Assembly: GCA_964247055.1 (NCBI GenBank)
Contig: OZ176053.1
Location: 124,001-188,000 of the forward strand
Source of the DNA: Paragordius varius
Lineage: Eukaryota > Animalia > Nematomorpha
Length of the DNA stretch: 64,000 nt
Reading direction: 5' to 3'
Of this stretch, positions 1 to 11,500 are shown piece after piece. The translations under genes and the position numbers were made by a program. The notes beneath the pieces were generated by a model. That model worked only from the letters and a program-made list of their open reading frames with translations. It was not told the origin of the DNA and did no database searches. How positions within the stretch are numbered: position 1 is the first letter of the stretch; each line of letters begins with the position of its first letter.

Positions 1-249
1 AATGTTCCGTAGTATGTTACAGTTATTGGAACTGGTCCTATTAAACATTTATTAACAACTAATAAATGTAATTCAACAAAATATAATTAAGTTGCTTTTT
101 AAAAGTTAAAAATAATTTTTAATAAACTAGAATGAAAAATATTATTAAATACTATTTAATATGCTAGAAAACTGTAATAATTTTCGTCTCGTTTAAAGTT
201 AAAATAAAAAGACATTATAACTTTTAATTAACAGAAATCATAGAATATC

Positions 250-280
<31 letters not shown>

Positions 281-361
281 TATTGGTTTAAAAAATATAG
301 GAACTTACCTCTCAAGTGGAGATTTTTCGACAATATAACTTAAATCTTGAATTTGTAACAT
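1..361 (-). CDS. Possible first two exons of a gene running off the left edge (361-309 MLQIQDLSYIVEKSPLER; 37-1)
   Basis: Strong donor AG|GTAAGT at 309/308, an upstream in-frame ATG at 361, and an acceptor AATAG| at 38 giving an open phase-2 join. No recognisable homology. Confidence 0.3.
250..277. repeat. (TA)n microsatellite; similar tracts at ~8515-8542 and ~16566-16592
   Basis: Directly visible dinucleotide runs. Confidence 0.95.
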
Positions 362-1273
362 ATTTTATCAAAAAATTAATAAAAACTATCTTAATTAAAT
401 TATGCACATAATTGTTAAGGTATAAATTTTATGGTCAAAAGTTTTTATATATCCAGCAATATAAAGAAAGAGTTTATGTCATTGTTTTATATATTCATAT
501 ATAATGTATATAAATATTACATTTTATCATGGTAAAATAGTTTGGTATAGTTATGCTATATAATATAAAATTAATTTTAACTTTAATAAATTTAATAATT
601 AAATTATATAATTTATCACTTAAAACAAAATTTGCTTTATAAAGCGAACAAAAATATTATGGAAATATAAGAGTTCCATTAAGTGGTAAATAAGAAAATA
701 AGGATTTTTAAACAGGTAAAAAACCATTTTGTTTATTCTTGCCTAATATAATTTAAATACTATATACATTCTCCTATGCGCATATAATCTTATCTCTATT
801 CGCCAATTTAAATTCCAATATATCCAATAATATGTGTCTTAAATGTCAAAATAATATATATTATATTAAGTAATTGGACTTAAAAAATTATTTTTATTAA
901 ATTACATTACAACACATAAAATATAATTATACGAATAATTAATAAATGGTTATTTTTTGTAAAATAGTGTGATTTTAGGTGTGCATAAACAGTTATTTCC
1001 AAATATTAAATGAATATATATTGGCGGATTTATGTTTAATAGATCCATGCTATAGTAACCCAACTAAGATTGTGTTTTAATAATATAGCGCTTATTAAGT
1101 AGCACATATAACTAATCCCATTGCAAATTTTTAAGGTCATGTTAAATATATGAAATCTTTCCAACTTATTTGTTTTTAGAAACTGTCAAGCATTCAAAAA
1201 ATAAATCTATAGCAAATATTAATAGTAAAACAATATTAATTTTTTAAAAAGTGTCATTATGTAACTCTTATTA

Positions 1274-1455
1274 TACGGTATGAGTAAGTATACATTGCTA
1301 GAAAGTTATTAAATATTGACAAATAGCACATATACAACAAAGGGCTGTATTATTGGCTTATAGTTATTTTTTTCAATATTATTATATTCTTTACTGCATA
1401 TGCCATTTAGCAATAATTGATGAAAAACTAGCAATTTATAATTACTCATACTATA
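1274..1455. mobile_element. Small MITE, family B (degenerate copy)
   Basis: Shares ...gtatgag..aagta...ttgctagaaagttatt...caaatagcaca...caacaaaggg with 46460-46655 and has inverted ends (tacggtatgag / ctcatactata). Confidence 0.7.
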
Positions 1456-2891
1456 ATTCGGAGAGAAGGTGGTTTTCATTATTTTAATAATTTTTATCCA
1501 CTACCACGATATTAAAAAATAACTTAAAAAGTGTAAACTAAATTGAGCCGTATATATAAAATATTAAATGTTTTAATTTTTTAACAATCCGAAAAGGGTA
1601 AATTCATAAACAATTAATACTGCAGTTATGACTAATTATAATCGAGTCAATTTTTTGACACATAACTTTAAATTATTTTTTTCAGATTAACCCTTCCAAT
1701 CAAAACCTATAAATATGCATCCTAAAAATACAAGGTTTATACGTTTCCAGAAAAGGTGTTTAGTTCCATTTACTATTTATGACCATTTATAATTCGATTG
1801 CTATGGCTTCATAGTCAAATCATCATTTAATTGGCTTGTGGTTCCAGTCGCTCAGTAAAAATGCCAATTTTTCAAACTCTGATAATTTCAATTAATTAAT
1901 AATGGTTACAATTTGCAAAATAGATACCAAAGCCATATTTATATAGGCTCCTATGTTTAGCTCCTTTCCCGTTAAAATCGCATCCTTGCATAATTAATTT
2001 TGAGATATCGGTGGCAAAAATTTAAATGGTTTACCATTGTTAATATTCGTTAAAATTTTAGAATTGATGACAATCGTTATTTCGAATAATCATATATGAA
2101 ATTTTAGCTTTAAAACCAACAAAGGTTATTTAATCATATGATGTAACATAGAGTTTAACTAGTATGTGTATGCTGCATTATTATTTATATCTAATTATTT
2201 TAAAGTTTTTTTTAAAAAAAGATTTTCAACTCGATTACAGCCGGGAGGAATAGGGCACAAGTTTACTTTTTAAGCACCAAAAAGTAAACAATTCTCAATA
2301 TTAGTAATGAAACGTACTAATATAGAACGTATATTGTTAAATATATTTTCCTCATTCAACATAATCTATAATTAGATCAAAGATTTTGACCCATGTTCAA
2401 GTAATACTGACTATACTTACATCCTTATGCTAACGTCCTTATGCCTACATTTTTGGTAAATATCAAAACTGCGTTTATATTGCATTGGTGATCGCAATTG
2501 GTTTTGGCATTTAAAATATCAATTCTTCATTCCATTAATTTGGAACTTGTTCCCTCCGTCCCTGACGTTGTTTTAATTAAGATAATCAAATGATATGCAT
2601 ATAACCAAATCTCGTTAGATTTCATTTTGCAATATGCTAGAGTCCAATAATGTTCACATACATATAATAATTAAATATGATATTCAAACATAAATTTATT
2701 CCCCTATTACAATATACATTTTTATATCATATAAAAATTGGTACATATATATTTACATACATTGTGATTTATTATAAAATACATTATTTTCATTTCATAT
2801 ATGTCTATAAATGTCTTTTTGGCCAGGGCATATGTATCGATCCAAAGATGATTCCAAGAAAAAGGTGAAATTTTTTTGCGAAAACGAAGCA

Positions 2892-5800
2892 TCAAGGACT
2901 AGGTGGATTATCAGCCAAATCGCCCTGATCATAGTAGATTGATATAATGCAAATCAATACATTGAGTGGTGGTAAGGTGATATCTGACGGATCTGTCTAT
3001 TTATTATAAAAAAGATTTGATATCGAAAGTATAAAACCAAAATGTTCAATCTGGGCAATGGTTGTATGATGGTGAAATTTTTCGCAACACGTTGCATAAC
3101 TGAACATGAAATTCAAAAGTAAAAACATAAGCAATTGAAAGGAATCTTATTTACTTGAATCTTACTTTACACTTTTACTTGATAGGAATAGGATTTTATC
3201 AGGACTTAGCTTGCAATTTCAAAAAACAAGTCTAATAAAAATCTCACTTGCTTACTTTTAATGTAGCGAGAAATTCGATTAAGTAGGTACACCCATTATA
3301 ATTACTTGTAAGAATAATTTTACGACATATTTAAAAAAAGATTTTAAGGCAAAATGTATTACTTGATTACTTGTTTTACTTGAGGTTAAGGTTGGCATAA
3401 TTGATTTATCTTATTTTCACATTGAGTGCGCATTCGAAAAATTCACAAAAAATATTATTTACTTGATTTTTACTTGAGAGACGGCCAAATGTTTTAAAAC
3501 ACCATTTTATTAAAAAAAACTCTTACTTGCTTACTTTAAGCGTAGAGCGTAGTTCCAGATTTTTTAGTTGTGTTAATTTTAAAAAATATATTACTTGTTT
3601 ACTTGTTAAGTTTCACCTTAAAAGATAATTGGCAGGCTGGGTAGTTATACAATAGTAGTGAGCCCAAAACCCAAAAATCGAATTTATAATTGATTTTGAG
3701 AGAAAATTTTTTAAAACCATTAAAAATTTATATTGTTGTTTAAAATAAATTACTTGCTTACTTGGGGATAAAATTAGGGATTGAAACTTAAAACCCCAAC
3801 AAAATACTTTTTACACGCGAATAATTACTTTAAAAAGGAGGTAATTACTTGAAAATGTCCAACTTACTTGTAAGGCGATGAAGTTTGTTATTTAAAAAAG
3901 GGTGTGTTAATCAAAAGATATTACTTGATTACTTGTTATGTATTACTTTAAGGGCTAATGATCAGGTCGAGGTAGGGTTAATTCAAAAACTAATAATTTC
4001 ATTTACTTAAAAAAAAAGAATGTAGGATGAAAAATTTTAATAAAATATTCACTATACTTGTTTACTTGACATGTTGAGTTCTATTATTTTTTTTATTTTG
4101 TCCCCAAGAATCAAAATCGATTCTTAGAAATAAAAATCCCAATAAATATAGAAACAAAAGATTACTTTTTAAAAATGGATAGCACTATTAATTTATCGGT
4201 TATATATGTTTATTGAGGAAAAGTTACTTATTACATTATAATTATTTGGGAATATCTTTTATGATTATGTTGCATTTATTTTGATGTTTTAGTTTTTTGA
4301 CTAATTAAAATTTTTTATAACTGCATTTTGCCCGCGTTTATATATTATTTTCTTATTTCTTTTAATTTAAAAATCTATCTTAAGTTAAATCATTATTATC
4401 ATTATTCATTATTTTTATTTTTCCCTGAAAAAATTCATAAAAAACTTAAATAATTAATAAAAATTCAATTAGAAGCGAGGATTCGCAAATAAGGTTTATT
4501 TTGTAAGCCAATATTTTTCCATAAAATCATGAAATATTATAAATACGAAAATAATTACTTTCCAGCTCACTTTTTTACTTTTAATACTATTTATATGGAA
4601 ATCCACACTATTCGCTATAGCAAGATTCGTAATCCCCCAAAACTAGTGTATATAATGTTAATTGAGCCAAAATTCCTAAATAATCAACTATATAGTTTGT
4701 CAATTAACGCATATAAAATATGTATGATTCAACATTACTTTTGCCATTTTATTACTTGAGAAACGGTGATAAAATCATTTCACACCATTGAACAATATGC
4801 AAACTGCAAAATGCTGTGCCTTTTACAATTATTAACAAATACAACTCATACTTATAATGTAAAATAATTAGGGTGAGATGGTTTATTCACATACCAATTT
4901 AGATCTTATTTTGCGTAACAACTTGGCCAAGCTTCTCAAGGCATTTGTGGTATCATGGCTTAATGGTTTTTCACACAGTGATATGAGAGAATACATCCAA
5001 AGTCCCTAGAAAAAGTTAGTTAAATATTTTGCCAAAATGTAATTTTCGTTCAACAACGTATGAAATCAATAATAAATATAAATGAATTACTACGCTTTTC
5101 ATGAAAATTTGTTTAGTCATATATCCTTCAAAAAAATTTTTTTTTCGTTAAATGGGTATAAATATTTGGTAAAAAATAGAAAAAACAAGAGCTCTATGGT
5201 AATTCGTATACTTTTTTGATGAATAAGATATTGTTAATACCATAGAGCTCTTGTTTTTTCCATTCTTTAACAAATATTTATACCCCACCCATTTAACGAA
5301 AAAAAATTAATTTTTGATAAAATAAAGGATACATGACTGTAATGTTATTAAAGAAACAAATCTCTAACTAGAGAAGCATATTAAAAACTTTTCTAACCTT
5401 TCCCAAATCAAATCCATCATATTCCAACCATTCAGCCATAAAATATAGCAACCGTAATGTTACAGACTATAAAGTTAGTGGAGACGTAAAAACCTGTTTA
5501 AAAGTTAGGATTAAACTTAGATAGGGTAAATGGGGGGCATACATTTGACTATTTGTTAAAGTTATACTTTCACAATTATCAGATTGTTGGCTAGAGTCGG
5601 GGATTCGAAGTTGTTTTCCAAAACAATACACGAACCAATCTTCACTCGTTAAATTTGGCTACACAATGTATGCAAAAAAATTACCAATTTTAATTTTTCA
5701 GGATTTCGTGCTTTTCGGGATTTTAAACCGCGTAAAGCATTCACTTTCTAAGATGTAAATTAATAAACAATACTACTTCTTTAACTTTTATGAAATCGTT

Positions 5801-6149
5801 GATTATATTCTTTTGAGCCTGCTTATCTGGTAATAACCAACAATCTGTATTATATACTTCATCCTAAAAATTCATTAAATAAACTGCGTTAAACTATAAT
5901 GTTTGGCAGTTTATAATTCATATTTTTTTCAAAAATGGATGTATCCATATCAGATATAACTACTTGAGCACATTTGGAAGCTTGTAACCTAAATGATGAA
6001 GGGTAATTAGAAATAATAAAAAAGTAATATATAATTAATTCAACAAACCTAACTTGTTTCAGATATTCTGAGGGAGTTACTGGAGGTTTGGCAATATCTA
6101 TATTCTCAATATCCTCGTCATCGATTGGTAAAATGGGTTGAAGTTCCAT
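2892..6149 (-). CDS. GEMIN2: Gemin2 (SIP1), SMN-complex snRNP assembly factor; 8 exons: 6149-6049, 5988-5895, 5863-5777, 5747-5685, 5658-5494, 5466-5398, 5005-4895, 2996-2892
   Basis: The spliced translation gives family motifs: LQPILP..PPVTPSEYLKQVRLQASKCAQVVIS, PYLSLILTFKQSVTLRLLYFMAEWL, GLWMYSLISLCEKPL...ALRSLAK, and C-terminal LPPLNVLICIISIYYDQGDLAD*. Introns are GT-AG and phase-consistent. Confidence 0.9.
3150..4235 (-). repeat. Oriented array of TTACTT(G) motifs (sense strand AAGTAA[G/T/A]CAAGTAA) inside the last Gemin2 intron
   Basis: About 25 TTACTT hexamers counted by eye, usually as doublets, all on one strand and separated by 55-160 nt of diverged spacer. Confidence 0.85.
5108..5360. 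repeat. ~250-bp inverted repeat (hairpin/MITE-like) in Gemin2 intron 6
   Basis: ...ttcgttaaatgggtataaatatttg...gaaaaaacaagagctctatggta pairs with taccatagagctcttgttttttc...caaatatttatacc...ccatttaacgaa across a ~35-nt spacer. Confidence 0.85.
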
Positions 6150-6238
6150 ATTGTATGAATTAATGCATGAATTAATATTTGAGCTCAGGTAACAGCCTGC
6201 TTCACCAAAAAGGTATATTTTTTTAAAAAAAATCCAAG
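6150..6238. promoter_or_regulatory. 89-bp bidirectional inter-ATG region between Gemin2 and the TPR-like gene
   Basis: Divergent ATGs at 6149(-) and 6239(+). Contains a tandem ATGAATTAAT repeat and a 26-nt GT..AG segment ending directly at the + strand ATG. Confidence 0.6.
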
Positions 6239-8511
6239 ATGTTAAATAATATTATTCAACTTATACATCTGCAAAAATATAATGAAGCTTTGGAAGCGTT
6301 ACAAAATTTTGAAAAAACTACCAAAAACAAAGTAAAAATGATTATTATTGAATAGAGTACCGTATATGAACTGATAGCATTCTGTTTGTATTACAAAGGA
6401 AATTTTACTGAATCTAAGATGTATTATAAAAAACTCAGATCTCTTTCCACCAATAATGAGGAATTTTTTAAATTTATATATTATGAAGCGTTGTGCTTAA
6501 TTAATATGGGTGATTGGGAAGCATCTATAAAATTTCTGACAAATAAATTAGCAACAAACTCTGAAAGCGAGGAATTTTATTATTTTACGGTTAGTTTAAT
6601 TTTTTTAACCTTTTAGTGTATGATCTTATATGTGTGCCTTTATTTCCATACAACCAAATCGTTTGAACAATTGGGCTCATATATGAAAAAAATTGAAAAT
6701 TTTAAACTCACTTCCTCCAATGACGCAATTGATATGATATGTCAACAATTGAAATATCAATGTTTTGCAACATATTATTTTCAGGTATCTTAAATTGTTT
6801 TTAAAACTTTTTTTAGCGACAAAATTACAGGAAAGCTTTAATGTGCCTTAAAAAAATTCTTAAATCGCTGCAAAATGACGCTTCAACCTTCATTAAATAT
6901 CGACAATCAAATTCCTACAACTTTACCGATGATTTTGGTTTTGATTATCTAAGTATTTAGCATTTTTATACGTATTAGCCGTTGTATATAACACTTCAAT
7001 GTGTTGCGTCAAATTGAATGAAATGAAATCATTTGAAAAGCACCTTAATCTGATCTATGAAGAATCGACAGGTATTTTTTGAATGCAGTTAATATTTAAA
7101 ATTACAAAACTAAATAAATGCTTTTTGATTAGTGACACTTTCAATTATATATTATATATATGTATATATATATATCACATAGTAATCATAAAAGTTTTAT
7201 AGAAAATATTCAGGTTTATAAAAAAGTATGTCTGTTTTTAAAAATATATATGTTTATTAGTTTTTAAGTGTTGTCTGGCCTGTATCTTTCATTTTTGTTG
7301 TATAATTCCTACAAATCTACCTTTATAAAACGTTTCATTTTAAAATACTAAAATATTGATAATTGGAATATATCATATATACAATACAAATTGACCCTGA
7401 AAATAAATTATGTGTTTTTTGGCTAATATAATTCATCATTAATATGAAATATATATTTTTTTATGGCATAGTTTATTATTTTTTCAATATTATATTAATT
7501 TTAAACGAAAACACCTATTTTTTTAAGAATAATAGGTAAAATAGGTAATTTAAAAAACACATAATTTATTTTAGGATGAATTTGAATTGTTTGAAAAGGG
7601 TCAATTTGAATTGTTTGAAAAATTGTTTAAGGGTGAATTTGAATTGTTTAAAGGTGAATTTGAACTGTAAATGGTATATTTTTTTCAATATTATATTAAT
7701 TTTAAACGAAATTTTTGATTTTTTTTAAGAATATAAAAAAATAGGTAATTTAAAAAACACATAATTTATTTTAGGATGAATTTGAATTGTAAATGATATA
7801 TATACATAGATTTATCAGCCATAAACGTGAATTCTATCGTTTTACCAAACAATATGGACCTATCTGACCACACCTTGTTAGATTTATCTCAGTTTTTGAA
7901 ATCACGCATTATTGAAGCGACAAACCTTAAATGTCGCTACTATTTTGAACAACGGGATCAAATTGGTATTTTTTTGGAAAAATATTAGATATTTTTTAAA
8001 AAAAAACCTCAAAAAATCGACGTTTTTGTCAAATATGTGTTTGTTTTGCCATAAATATCCGCAAATTAGAATGTAAAGTATTGGATATTTTTTTATGATT
8101 TTTTTCTTCATAGTATATATACCATTTAAAATTCACATTTACCCTTGAACAATTCAAATTTACCTTAAAAATATGTGTTTTTGGGGGCTTATATAATTCA
8201 TTATTAATATGAATTATATTTTACGACATAGTTTATAATTTTTTCAGCATTATAACTTTAAACAGAATTTCAATTTTAAAAATAAAAAAACAAAAATTTT
8301 TAATCTTTAAAGAAGATAATTTATTTTAGGGTGAAATTGAATTGTTCAAAGGTGAATTTGAATTGTATGTGGTACATATATATTATTAGGCTTCTCTATG
8401 GTATAAACTATAAATTATATTTTACGCAATCTAGTCATATTATATGTAAAATTGAGAAAAAAAATGATTAAAATTTCGATAACAGTATAAAATTTTCTTT
8501 TAATTTCATTA

Positions 8512-8545
<34 letters not shown>

Positions 8546-11500
8546 AATAGATGCAGGAATATTTCAATTAGTAAATCAAGAATGTATTATACCTTTTAAC
8601 AATATTAATAATGCCGAAAATTTGCCCCTAATGGTGTGTAGTATTGATCCAATATCCTTACATAATTATTTCATTTGTACAATTCTAACTTGGTTTTTGT
8701 GTATGGATAGTGTTGTAATTCCGAAAGAAAAATTTGCATTTACCAGGTTTTTTTAAAATTAATATTACACAGTGTGCTTAGGGTTATTTTACGGAAAACT
8801 TTTTTAAAATTTTTTTTGCTTAAAATATTTTGCTTGCGTTTGTCCGTCCTTAAATTACTGTGTGGTCAAATTTTAAATTGAGCTAATATATAAATTAAAA
8901 TTTGGCCCTTTAAAAGCTATAATTTAATATTTTATCAAATACTTACTACAACTATTATTTATAATTATACTTTATGTTTGTGTAAATTATATTTTAAATC
9001 AGAATCTAAAAAAAATGTTTACTAATGTATAAAAATATATAATATGTAATATAAGCTTTTTTAAGAAAAAATTCTTCACCATTTTGCCAAGTCTACATAA
9101 TTTATTTCTTTTTTCAAATAAATTTTTAAGGCATTTTTTTATGATTTTAATTTTATTAAATTAAAATTAAAATATAACTAATTCAATAACTAGCGGGCCA
9201 ATATTAAAACTTTCCTTATTATAATAATAAGTTATTTAATCAAAGTTAAGGGTTAATTTTTTATATTTTGTTGTTTTACAATTACAAGATATCTTTAGTA
9301 ATTTATTAAATTATAAAAAATTTGGTTTTTTTTGGCTTTTGTGTAAAATTTTTTAGTTATTTATTTTGCTAATTCAAAGATAAATTAATTATATATAATC
9401 TGATTTTTCGATCAATATTTTTTAAAGTCCCAACGTTTTTTTTGCATGGGAGAATTCGAATATAAAATTTTGATTGATTATACAATTATGTATTCATATA
9501 TATTTTTTTATATTTATTTTAATTTTATTTTTTTATTAAACTTTTATAGCGAAAATGACATAAAAAATCTCATGCATCATCATATAAATAGTATGGAAAA
9601 AACGGATTTTTATCAGCCAACTTTAATCTCAGCTAAAATAAAATGGTTTATTACCCAAATTTTAAGGCCCCTACTGCCTAGACCTACAAAAAATACCTCA
9701 AGTGAAAATGGTTTTAATTCAACACTAGTAAATAATGTTAAAAGCAATAATCAACGAAAGTATAGTTTCAACAATTATTCTGATATCGTAACTGAAAATA
9801 GCTGCTTTTTAACAAGAAATTCGTCCATAAAAAATTTTACTCAAATATCAGCGAATGAAGAAATTATATTACCTAATACTGTTAATTCTATTAAGGATTC
9901 TGACACTCTTTCTTTAGAAATGGAAGACACAATAGATCAGAATAAAGGTAGCAAATATGGAAATATTTTTGAATATTTTATATAACCTGCTTTTGGTTTT
10001 TTTGCAAAAAATTAGTGTGATTTCAAGAAAAATATTTTTATGAAATTTAAAGCTAAAATTTATGTTAACCGTCGGTTTTAGGGGGAAAATATTGGAAATC
10101 AGAAAATTATGAAAAAATAACTATTTTACGTTTTGTAAAGAAGAGTTTGATGAAGTTTTTAAAACTTTTTATGATATGCATGCATCTTTACTAATATGAA
10201 TCAGTTTTTAACTGTTTACATTAGATATTAAAGAAATCAGCCCCGAATTTTCATTGAGTAATAATAGCCCTAAAAATTCAGAATATAATGCTGATACTAT
10301 TAACTTTTTACGATGGTCGTTCTTTTTAAGCAAACAAGAATCTGAAATTTTGGAAAACTCACCATTTTTTCCAACAAAACTCATGCACGAATGTAGCGAA
10401 AATATAAGCCTTAACAGCGTTAAAAAGTCTACTGACATAAATTTTCTTAAACAAATTTCCGAAGCAAAGCGTAACATTTTACGCATTTGCCTTCAACATT
10501 GGCAGGAATTTTCACGAGCTTCTCAAGAATTCAAAACTAATGTTATTTCAAAAGATCTTACATCTTCGTCGAAAAAGGATGATATAGTTAATAGCAAAAT
10601 TTCTCAATTTTCAACAAAAAATGATAAACCGTTAAATATTGTATTTTACAATACATTGCTTACGTGTGCCCGATTAAAATGGTATAAATACCTGGCTACA
10701 CTTATGACTCAACACATTGAATTAACATATGAGCAATTACCTCAAGTATATCATTTCTTGTTTTTTTCGGAAATTTTAATATTGAATTTTTCTTTAATAT
10801 TCCATTTACACTTTAAATGCACCCTAAAAATTAATTATGTGTTTTCGAACTCATAATCTCATTATTAATATATATCTTTATGACATAATTTATTATTTTT
10901 TCAGTATTATTATAAATTAAAATAAAATTTTATTTTTTTGTAAATATATAATAATGTAGGTTATTGAAAACATATAATATATTCGAGGGTTATTAATTTT
11001 AATTGTTCGAGGGTGAATTTGAATGGTTTAAGGGTGAATTTGAATTGTTCAATGGTGAAATTAAAGTGTAAATGATATAATATGTATTATATAATTTACA
11101 ATTCAATTTACCCTTGAATAATTCAAATTCATCCTCAAATATAATATATGTTTTTTATGATTAAAAATACCTATATTTTTATATATTTTTGAAGAATAAA
11201 AATTTTGTTTTAAATTATAAGAAAACTGAAAAAGAAAAAAGTATGCCATAAAGATATATTTCATATTAATCATGAATTATAATAGTTCGAAAACACATAA
11301 ATTATTTATAGACTGAATTTGAGTTCAAGGGCTAATTTGAACTCTAAATTATGTATGTTGATTTTTATGACCATCGCCATATCTTTAATAGATGCATTTA
11401 CCTAAATATTGCTAAAAAATTTAATTAAGAGTTTGTCCTATTTTTGGCAATGAAGATTATTCAATTATATTACTGTTAAATTAATTTTTTTTATTTAATA

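Noticed and set aside
1682-1830. Possible box C/D snoRNA on the - strand (ATGATGA ... CTGA)
   Set aside because: About 145 nt long, no terminal stem and no recognisable rRNA guide; such boxes arise by chance in AT-rich DNA.
4598-4870. Candidate Gemin2 terminal exons near 4850-4756 and 4665-4600
   Set aside because: The true C-terminus (LNVLICIISIYYDQGDLAD) is at 2996-2892. These open stretches lack homology and are at most alternative or cryptic exons.
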